Assembly: GCA_902523675.1 (NCBI GenBank)
Contig: CABZAL010000003.1
Coordinates: 8,571 to 72,570 of the forward strand
Direction of reading: 5' to 3'
Length of the DNA stretch: 64,000 nt
Source of the DNA: an uncultured Alphaproteobacteria bacterium
GTDB lineage: Bacteria; Pseudomonadota; Alphaproteobacteria; Methylaequorales; Methylaequoraceae
Positions 25,756 to 33,199 of the stretch are shown here, one piece after another. Below the pieces are notes generated by a model. That model saw nothing but the letters and a program-made list of their open reading frames with translations. It searched no databases and had not been told where the DNA came from. Both the position numbers and the translations under genes were made by a program. Positions within the stretch are counted from its first letter, which is position 1, and every line of letters begins with the position of its first letter.

Positions 25756-26738
25756 TCTGGTACTTGTAAATTCTTCGAGATTAAAAACTTTCTATTAAAA
25801 ATTTTACTTTTGTATCGCGTACCGTAGTCACATAAGATTGTTACAATTGTTTTTCCAGGACCAAGTTTTTCTGCTAATTTTTTTGCCCCAACAATATTGA
25901 TACCTGATGACCCACCTAAAATAAGTCCTTCGTGTTTTAATAGATAAAACACCTCAGATAATGCTTCGTTGTCACTAACTCTAAATGATTCATCAAGTTG
26001 TAAACATTGGAGATTTTTAGTTATTCTTCCTTGACCTATACCCTCTGTTATAGAATCACCTTCTGCTTTTAATTCTCCCTTTTTGTAGAAATTATATAAA
26101 GCTGAACCATATGGATCAGCTAACGCAATTTTAATATTTTTTTTTTTTCCTTTAAGGAATTTTGAAACACCTGATATTGTTCCACCGGTTCCAACTGAAC
26201 ACACAAATCCATCAACTTTGCCCTCAGTTTGATTCCATATTTCTGGCCCTGTGGTTAGAAAATGTGCTTTCATGTTTGAAATATTGTCAAATTGATTTGC
26301 CCAATAAACACCATTTTCATTTTTTATTTCCTTTGATAAAGATTCGGAGAATCTTATATAATTTCCTGGATCTTTGTAAGGAAGTGCTTTTACTTGCCTT
26401 AAGTCTGCTCCACACAGTTTTAGCATATCCTTTTTTTCTTCGCTTTGTGTTTCAGGTATAACAATGACCGTATTAATGCCTAATGAATTACTTACTAAAG
26501 TTAATCCAATGCCTGTATTTCCAGCTGTACCTTCGACTATTACGCCACCTTTTGTTATTTTTTTTTCTTTTATCGCATCACTAATTATTTGTAATGCTGC
26601 TCTATCTTTTACACTTCCTCCAGGGTTTAAGAATTCACATTTTCCATAAATATTACACCCAGTTTCTTCTGACACTTTATTTAATTTTATTAGTGGAGTT
26701 TTTCCCACACATTCTGAAAAGTTTTTGTAAAGATTCAT
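25740..26738 (-). CDS. cysK: PLP-dependent cysteine synthase / cystathionine beta-synthase-family enzyme
   Basis: 332 aa. PLP-lysine motif FLNPGGSVKDRAA, plus GTAGNTGIGL and SVGTGGTISG. Confidence 0.85.
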   Translation of the reverse strand: MNLYKNFSECVGKTPLIKLNKVSEETGCNIYGKCEFLNPGGSVKDRAALQIISDAIKEKKITKGGVIVEGTAGNTGIGLTLVSNSLGINTVIVIPETQSEEKKDMLKLCGADLRQVKALPYKDPGNYIRFSESLSKEIKNENGVYWANQFDNISNMKAHFLTTGPEIWNQTEGKVDGFVCSVGTGGTISGVSKFLKGKKKNIKIALADPYGSALYNFYKKGELKAEGDSITEGIGQGRITKNLQCLQLDESFRVSDNEALSEVFYLLKHEGLILGGSSGINIVGAKKLAEKLGPGKTIVTILCDYGTRYKSKIFNRKFLISKNLQVPEWLQK

Positions 26739-26741
26739 CTA

Positions 26742-27341
26742 TTAATTACTCTTTAAATAATCTTTGAACCATTCTAATGCAATTATCGTATTTACAGAAT
26801 GAATTTTTTTTTTAAACAAAAGTTCAAATGCTTTTCTTGGTGATAACTCCAAAACCTTAATATTTTCATCTTCATTTAAATTACCTTTGATTTTTTTTAT
26901 TTTTTTAAAAGTGCACTCACAAAAGAATATACTTGTAGATTCATTAGTACTACCAGAACTGTTGAGAACGTCTCTAATAGGCTGGATTTTTTTATATTTT
27001 ACCTCTATTCCAGCCTCCTCTTGTGCTTCTCTTATTACTGCTGATTTTAAATCTTTATCAGACTTTTCAACTAAACCTGCTATAATTTCAATTTGGAAAG
27101 GGTTGTAATTAGATAGTATGGCTCCTAATCTAAATTGTTTAATTAGAATCACTTTATTTTTAACTCGATCGTATGGAAGAATTGCAACTGCATTTTTTGT
27201 TATCAGTATTTCTCTCGAAATTATATTTGACCAAGAAGAGTCGAATAACTTATGCTGAAATTTATATCTTTTAACCTTATTGAAGCTATTGAACACTTTA
27301 TTAATACTTTTAAATTTTAGATTAATTTTTTTTATTTTCAT
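26742..27341 (-). CDS. NUDIX hydrolase (ADP-ribose pyrophosphatase-like)
   Basis: 199 aa. Nudix box GLVEKSDKDLKSAVIREAQEEAGI. Confidence 0.75.
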   Translation of the reverse strand: MKIKKINLKFKSINKVFNSFNKVKRYKFQHKLFDSSWSNIISREILITKNAVAILPYDRVKNKVILIKQFRLGAILSNYNPFQIEIIAGLVEKSDKDLKSAVIREAQEEAGIEVKYKKIQPIRDVLNSSGSTNESTSIFFCECTFKKIKKIKGNLNEDENIKVLELSPRKAFELLFKKKIHSVNTIIALEWFKDYLKSN

Positions 27342-27449
27342 ATTTCTTATTTTAAAGTAGTTTAGAAGTTAATTGCAAAATCTTCTTAAATTGTTTAAAT
27401 CTTGCTATCAAAACATTATCTAATAATCATTAATAAAACGGTATAACGA

Positions 27450-28163
27450 TTGACTTTAAATATAACCAGTTTGTCTAAAAAGTATAACGATTTCTTTGCT
27501 ATAGATCATGTAAGTCTAAATATTTCTAAACCTGGCATTTATGGTTTACTTGGTACCAATGGTGCTGGTAAAACAACTTTAATGGGTATGATTCTGGGTT
27601 TGATACTTCCAACTAAAGGCATGATAAAGATTTTCGGTGAGGAATTTTCACATAAAAGATTTGATATTTTAAAAAAATTAAATTACGAAAGTCCTTATTT
27701 AGATTTACCAAAAAAATTAACAGTCAAACAAAATCTAATTTTCTATTCAAGAATGTACGGTGTAAAAGATTTTTTAGAAAAAATTCATGATTTATCAAAT
27801 AATTTAAAAATAAACGATCTTTTAGACAGACAGTTTGGTTCATTGTCAGCTGGCCAAAAAACAAGAGTTGGCATATGTAAATCATTAGTGAATGATCCTA
27901 AAATTCTTTTGCTTGATGAACCCACAGCCTCTCTTGATCCTGATACATCAATTTTCATTAGGAATTTTTTAAAAAAATACCAAAAGTTGAATAAAACTAT
28001 AATTCTAATAGCCTCACACAATATGCATGAGGTAGAAAAAATTTGTAGTAGAATTATAATTCTTAATAAAGGAAAAATTATTCTTGAAGGAATACCAAAA
28101 GTTATTTTAGAAAATAAAAAATTAAATAATTTAGAACAACTGTTTTTAAAATTGAGCAACTGA
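27450..28163 (+). CDS. ABC transporter ATP-binding protein (ABC-2 type exporter)
   Basis: 237 aa. Walker A GTNGAGKTT, signature LSAGQKTR, Walker B ILLLDEPT. TTG start. Confidence 0.9.
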   Translation: MTLNITSLSKKYNDFFAIDHVSLNISKPGIYGLLGTNGAGKTTLMGMILGLILPTKGMIKIFGEEFSHKRFDILKKLNYESPYLDLPKKLTVKQNLIFYSRMYGVKDFLEKIHDLSNNLKINDLLDRQFGSLSAGQKTRVGICKSLVNDPKILLLDEPTASLDPDTSIFIRNFLKKYQKLNKTIILIASHNMHEVEKICSRIIILNKGKIILEGIPKVILENKKLNNLEQLFLKLSN

Positions 28164-28955
28164 ATGTTTCAAAGACTTTATGCAATGATAAATAGGTATG
28201 TAATTCTTGTAATTGGTTCAGGACCAAGGATGATGAGTATTTTTTATTGGCCGTCAATTCAAATAATTTTATGGGGGTTTTTTTCTGATTTTCTTTTAAA
28301 TAATAATTTGGCAAATAGTATTAATTCACTTTCATTTTTGCTAAGTGCAATAATTCTCTGGGACGTATTATTTAGAGCACAACTTGGTTTATCAATGACT
28401 TTTTTTGAGGAATTATGGTCTAGAAATTTGGGGCATCTATTGATTACCCCAATTAAAATTTCAGAAATAATATTAAGTCTGGTGATTACTAGTTTTTTGA
28501 GAACATCATTAGGTTTAATCCCAGCTATTTTTGTGGCAAACTACTATTTCGAACTACAATTTTTTCAATTAGGTTTCTATCTTGCATTTTTTTTACTAAA
28601 TTTAGTTTTTGTTGGTTGGTCTATAGGCTTTGTTGTAAGTGGTTTAGTTTTAAGATACGGTCAAGCATTTGAAGAGTTGGCGTGGGCTTTTATTTTTGTT
28701 CTATTACCCTTTTCTTGTGTATACTATCCTTTAGAGGCACTTCCAGATATTTTCCAAATCTTTGCTCTTTTACTTCCTCCAGCACATATTTTTGAAGGAA
28801 TGAGACAGATTATTGATAATGGACAGGTATCAGTAAATCAATTAATGATGTCTTTTTTATTAAATATTTTTTATTTTATGTTGGCTGTCTTTATGTTTAA
28901 AAAAATGATGAATTCATGTAGAAAAAAAGGAAATTTATTTAATTTGGGTGAATAA
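28164..28955 (+). CDS. ABC-2 type transporter permease
   Basis: 263 aa with about 6 TM segments. It starts on the nucleotide after the ATPase stop. Confidence 0.75.
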   Translation: MFQRLYAMINRYVILVIGSGPRMMSIFYWPSIQIILWGFFSDFLLNNNLANSINSLSFLLSAIILWDVLFRAQLGLSMTFFEELWSRNLGHLLITPIKISEIILSLVITSFLRTSLGLIPAIFVANYYFELQFFQLGFYLAFFLLNLVFVGWSIGFVVSGLVLRYGQAFEELAWAFIFVLLPFSCVYYPLEALPDIFQIFALLLPPAHIFEGMRQIIDNGQVSVNQLMMSFLLNIFYFMLAVFMFKKMMNSCRKKGNLFNLGE

Positions 28956-28956
28956 A

Positions 28957-29874
28957 TTATTGAATTTTATATCTTATATCTACATCCTTTTTATAAAATA
29001 TTTCACATGATTTTTTGATAAATTCATTTTCATTATTTTTGGTTAAATAATATTTAAGTCTTAAAAAATTAATATTTGAAAAGAAAGTTTTTTTGTAATT
29101 TCGTCTATACCATTTTTCTGCTCTACCAAGGCACTTTATACATGCAATAATTTTAATTTTTTTACAAATATTATTTTCTTTTAAAAAATAATAAATTGCT
29201 GCGTTATAATCATGGAGTAACTGAGCTTTTTTCCCTATCATTATTCTTTTTTTATCATCAGCTGGTCCAAATGAAAGTATGTTTTTAATAAATGAAAAAT
29301 TTCCATATTTTGATAATTTCAAGACCAAAGAAAAGTCTTCAACAAAAATTTTAGTATTACAACCTCCTGATTTTTTGACAAATTTATTATCGTACAGATT
29401 TGGTGTTGTGCCGGAAAAATTCGAAACCAAAGTTTTTTCTATTGTATTTTTGATAGTATAAAGATTCTCTAATCTTCCTTTTTTAAATTTAATTTCATCA
29501 AATTTTTTGAATAATTTATATTTACTGAAAACAGCTACTGATTTTGTTTTTTTAATTACTTCTAAAAGAATTTGAGTGCAGTTTGGTGCCATTATATCAT
29601 CTCCTCCAACAAGCTTTAAAAAATCACCTTTTGATCTTTTAATGCCGTTTTGAGTTGCAAGTGCTGGCCCTTTATTTTCTTGTGACAAAATAGTTGTATT
29701 TTTCCATTTCTTAGTTTTCTCTCTGATAAAATTCAATGAACCATCTGTAGATCCGTCATCAACAAAAATATACTCTTTATCATAGTCACCAATTTGTGAA
29801 GAAATCGCATTCAAAACTCTCTCTAAATAAAAAATTTTATTATAAACTGGACATACATAACTTATCTTAGGCAT
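28957..29874 (-). CDS. family 2 glycosyltransferase
   Basis: 305 aa. N-terminal GT-A motifs YVCPVYNK and FVDDGSTDGS, followed by DD. Confidence 0.85.
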   Translation of the reverse strand: MPKISYVCPVYNKIFYLERVLNAISSQIGDYDKEYIFVDDGSTDGSLNFIREKTKKWKNTTILSQENKGPALATQNGIKRSKGDFLKLVGGDDIMAPNCTQILLEVIKKTKSVAVFSKYKLFKKFDEIKFKKGRLENLYTIKNTIEKTLVSNFSGTTPNLYDNKFVKKSGGCNTKIFVEDFSLVLKLSKYGNFSFIKNILSFGPADDKKRIMIGKKAQLLHDYNAAIYYFLKENNICKKIKIIACIKCLGRAEKWYRRNYKKTFFSNINFLRLKYYLTKNNENEFIKKSCEIFYKKDVDIRYKIQ

Positions 29875-30876
29875 CTAGAATAATCTATCTTTCCAGGTTT
29901 TAGGAGTAAGATCATTAATAATTTCAAGATCAAGATGATATCTAAATTTTTTGGTTCCTTTTTTCTTTATAAAAGAAATCATTTTTTTAAGTCCATCGTC
30001 AAGAGATGTTTTTGTTTTATAACCAAGAATTTTTCTTGCCTTATCAGCAGAACATGTAGCATTTAGTACTTCCTTAGGTCTTCCCTTAACATATGTTGGA
30101 TTAAGATTGAATCTTAGATGATTAGAAAGTTTGTTAGCCAATGTATTTATGGAAATAAATTCTTCATCAGGTCCAATATTTATAATTTCTCCTACAACTT
30201 TGTCACTAAATGCCATTTTTTTTAAACAATATAAATCATCATCAATGTAAGAAAAACATCGTTTTTGATTCCCGTCACCATATATAATTGGTTGTCTATT
30301 TTGTAACATTAAGTTTATCATAATTGAAACCACGTTTCTGTATGGATCATCATATTTTTGTCTAGGACCAATAATATTGTGGGGAACTGCAATTACATAT
30401 TCTACTCCGTGGGTTTCACATAGGTTTTTTAAGATATTTTCTGCTGCAACTTTTGCTATACCATATGGATCTTGAGGATTTGGTTTGAAATTTTCTTTGA
30501 ATGGCGTTTTATTAGTACCATATCTTGCCATTGAAGAACAAAACACAATTCTTTTAACATTATTTTCAATAGCTGCACTAAATAATGCAACAGATCCAGT
30601 AACAATATTTTGTGCAATTAGGTGAGGTGAAAATACAGACAAACCCTCATAAGCTGTCGCAGCAGTGTGGAAGACTAAGTCACAGTTCTTAGTAATTTTT
30701 AACATCGAGTTTCTAAAACAACAGTCATACTGATAAAATTCAGCTTCGGAGGGAACATTATCAATTTCGCCACCTATGAGGCTATCGCAACCCACTACTT
30801 TATGCCCTTCTTTTATAAAATTATCTGCAAGATGACTTCCTAAAAATCCAGCAATGCCACTAATAAATATTCTCAT
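29875..30876 (-). CDS. NAD-dependent nucleotide-sugar epimerase/dehydratase (SDR family)
   Basis: I place the true start at MRIFISGIAGFLGSHL (ATG 30876-30874; Rossmann GxxGxxG). Catalytic YxxxK is in DPYGIAK. The 24 extra N-terminal codons in the ORF track read through the tRNA-Asn gene and are an artefact. Confidence 0.88.
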   Translation of the reverse strand: MRIFISGIAGFLGSHLADNFIKEGHKVVGCDSLIGGEIDNVPSEAEFYQYDCCFRNSMLKITKNCDLVFHTAATAYEGLSVFSPHLIAQNIVTGSVALFSAAIENNVKRIVFCSSMARYGTNKTPFKENFKPNPQDPYGIAKVAAENILKNLCETHGVEYVIAVPHNIIGPRQKYDDPYRNVVSIMINLMLQNRQPIIYGDGNQKRCFSYIDDDLYCLKKMAFSDKVVGEIINIGPDEEFISINTLANKLSNHLRFNLNPTYVKGRPKEVLNATCSADKARKILGYKTKTSLDDGLKKMISFIKKKGTKKFRYHLDLEIINDLTPKTWKDRLF

Positions 30877-30887
30877 ACTTTTTTTTT

Positions 30888-30963
30888 TGGCTCCGGCGAC
30901 AGGACTCGAACCTGTGACCCAGCGATTAACAGTCGCTTGCTCTACCAACTGAGCTACGCCGGA
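30888..30963 (-). tRNA. tRNA-Asn (GTT), CCA encoded
   Basis: Hand-folded from the minus strand: TCCGGCG-TA-GCTC-AGTTGGTA-GAGC-A-AGCGA-CTGTTAA-TCGCT-GGGTC-ACAGG-TTCGAGT-CCTGT-CGCCGGA-G-CCA. 76 nt, all four stems pair. Confidence 0.9.
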
Positions 30964-31023
30964 AAATTAAAATGTTATATTAGATTAATTTTTGTATTTG
31001 TAAAAACATTTATTCTTATAATT

Positions 31024-31097
31024 TGGAGGTGCGGACCGGATTCGAACCGGTGTAGACGGCTTTGCAGGCCGCAGCGTAGCCTCTCCGCCACCGCACC
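31024..31097 (-). tRNA. tRNA-Cys (GCA), CCA encoded
   Basis: Hand-folded, 74 nt. Acceptor GGTGCGG/CCGCACC, anticodon arm GCGGC-CTGCAAA-GCCGT, T arm ACCGG-TTCGAAT-CCGGT. The D stem has the G13:A22 mismatch typical of tRNA-Cys. Confidence 0.9.
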
Positions 31098-31176
31098 ATT
31101 GGAAAAGAAATAGAAAAAGCTTATATTGTAATAAAACATATAAACAATATAGTAGTTATTTTTAAATAGGTTTAGA

Positions 31177-31851
31177 ATGTACGATAAATTTTTTGATGTT
31201 TCTAGAAAAAACATGGTTAATAATCAAATTATTACAAATAAAGTTGTCAATCCTTTGATTATAGACGCTTTTTTATCAATACAAAAAGAAAAATTTATAC
31301 CCAAAATTAAAAAGTCAATAGTGTATAGTGATTCGGAGATAGCATTCAATAGTGAAAGATCAATGATAAAATCTTTTTTGCTTGCTAAAATGATCGAATT
31401 CTCGAAAGTAAAACAAAATGATTCTATTCTAGTTATTGGTTGTCTTTCTGGCTATTCCGTTGCAATTATATCACAATTTTCAGGTTATGTTTTCGGACTG
31501 GAAAATGATTTGAACATGGTGAAGGAGGCAAATACAATTCTAAGTAATATGGCATGCCATAACTGTTCGATAAATTATGGAAAACTATCGGAGGGCTTAA
31601 AAAAAAATATGCCATTTGATAAAATTTTTGTTGAAGGAAGCGTGGAATTTATCCCGAATAATATTATTCAACAACTTAAAGAAGGTGGTGAAATTTTTGC
31701 AATATTTAAGGAACAAAAATCAATAGTAGGAAAATACAAAGTTGGCTTAAAGTATGAAGGATTGGTCTCTTACAGACACTTGTTTGATGCAAATGCTAAA
31801 CTTTTAAAAGATTTTAATTTGAAAGATGGTGGTTATGATTTCAAAACTTAA
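31177..31851 (+). CDS. protein-L-isoaspartate O-methyltransferase-family paralogue (Pcm-like, TolC-associated)
   Basis: 224 aa. The N-terminus resembles Pcm (RKNMVNNQI...), the SAM-binding motif is ILVIGCLSGYSVAIIS, and the gene overlaps tolC by 26 nt. Confidence 0.65.
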   Translation: MYDKFFDVSRKNMVNNQIITNKVVNPLIIDAFLSIQKEKFIPKIKKSIVYSDSEIAFNSERSMIKSFLLAKMIEFSKVKQNDSILVIGCLSGYSVAIISQFSGYVFGLENDLNMVKEANTILSNMACHNCSINYGKLSEGLKKNMPFDKIFVEGSVEFIPNNIIQQLKEGGEIFAIFKEQKSIVGKYKVGLKYEGLVSYRHLFDANAKLLKDFNLKDGGYDFKT

Positions 31852-33196
31852 CTTAGCGTGTTTTTTTTTAGTTTTTTTACTATTCAAATCTTCTAAATGT
31901 GATTTTTTAAGTCCTGAACTTGTTGAGGTTTTGAAAAGTACTTATTTATATAGCCCTAAATTAAAAGTTGAAAGGGAATTACTTATGAAAGAAGACGAGT
32001 TGATACCTCAGGCATTTTCAGAATTTAGACCAAAAATTGACGGTTATTATAATAAAGGGAAAATAGACACTGCAATTTCTGGTTCAAATTTTATTGCAGA
32101 TGGTGTTAGAACTGAAACAAATGCAGGTATAAAAATTACTCAACCAATATTTAATGGAGGAAGTACAATCAATAGTATTAAGTCAGCAAAAAAAAAAATT
32201 AAAGCTCAAAGATTAAAACTTAAATATACTGAACAAATTGTTTTGCTCGAGGCTATTAATATATTTTCAAGTTTGGCAGCCAAAAAAAAAGAACTACTTT
32301 TAAATCAAAAAAAAGAAGAGTCTTTAAAAAAAAAATTTGAATTAGCTGAAAATCAATTTGAAATTGGTGAAATTACAATGACAGACGTATCTATCGCTAA
32401 AGCTAGATTATCTCTGGCAAGATCTGATTTTATAAAAACAGAAAGTGAATTGTTTGCTATAAGAGTAAAATTTAAAGCTTTGGTTGGAATAGAATCACAA
32501 AAACCGGAGTTATTTTTCGATTTTCCAGACATTAAAAAAGGTTTAACTCAACTTACTTCTAAAATGACTGAACAAAACCCAGAACTTTTGAGTATTTTAT
32601 TTAATATTAAAAGTTTGAATTCAGAAATAAAAAGTTTGTATTCTAGAAAATTACCTTCTGTGAAACTTGAAGCAGAATTAAAAAAAAATAAAGGATATTT
32701 TAGATCAGATAGTTCTAGGGAAGTAATGAGTGCATTTGCATCCGTCTCTATTCCATTGTATCAGTCAGGTCTTGCATCATCAAAAATTAGAGAATTAAAG
32801 AAAGAATTATCTTCAGAAAAAGAATTTCACAAACTTAAAATGAATGAATTCAAATACAATCTAGCTAACTCGTGGTCTGGTTTTAACTCTTCAAAATCAA
32901 AAATTGATGCATACAAAACTCAAATTGAGGCAAATCGAAAATATTTAGAGGGTTTGAATCAAGAAATGATGCTAGGTGAAAGAACTTTAATAGATATATT
33001 AGATGCTGAAGAAGAGTTAATAGAATCAGAATATAATCTTATAAAAAGCTTTGAAGAAAACTTTAATTCATATTTTGAAATTTTATTTTATATTGGTGAG
33101 TTAAATTCGAAAAGTTTAAATTTAAAGGTTAATTTTTTTGATGAAACAAAAAATTTTAATGAGGTCAAGTTTAAATGGCTTGATATTATAGAATAA
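31826..33196 (+). CDS. tolC: TolC-family outer-membrane efflux channel
   Basis: 456 aa with a signal peptide and two tandem outer-membrane-efflux-protein repeats with long coiled helices (e.g. IGEITMTDVSIAKARLSLARSDF and GERTLIDILDAEEELIESEYNLI). Confidence 0.85.
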   Translation: MVVMISKLNLACFFLVFLLFKSSKCDFLSPELVEVLKSTYLYSPKLKVERELLMKEDELIPQAFSEFRPKIDGYYNKGKIDTAISGSNFIADGVRTETNAGIKITQPIFNGGSTINSIKSAKKKIKAQRLKLKYTEQIVLLEAINIFSSLAAKKKELLLNQKKEESLKKKFELAENQFEIGEITMTDVSIAKARLSLARSDFIKTESELFAIRVKFKALVGIESQKPELFFDFPDIKKGLTQLTSKMTEQNPELLSILFNIKSLNSEIKSLYSRKLPSVKLEAELKKNKGYFRSDSSREVMSAFASVSIPLYQSGLASSKIRELKKELSSEKEFHKLKMNEFKYNLANSWSGFNSSKSKIDAYKTQIEANRKYLEGLNQEMMLGERTLIDILDAEEELIESEYNLIKSFEENFNSYFEILFYIGELNSKSLNLKVNFFDETKNFNEVKFKWLDIIE

Positions 33197-33199
33197 CAA

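Noticed and set aside
28957-31176. Possible prophage or integrative island at the tRNA-Asn/tRNA-Cys pair.
   Set aside because: I saw no integrase, no phage-like genes, and no duplicate of either tRNA 3' end downstream. The only cargo is two ordinary sugar-modification genes. The locus is kept as a low-interest finding only.
30889-31214. ORF-track entries covering the tRNA region: the 24-codon N-terminal extension of the epimerase (up to 30948) and the 79-aa ORF at 30975-31214.
   Set aside because: Both read straight through hand-folded tRNA-Asn and tRNA-Cys genes. The GC-rich patches are what keep the frames open. The epimerase has a proper Rossmann-motif start at 30876.
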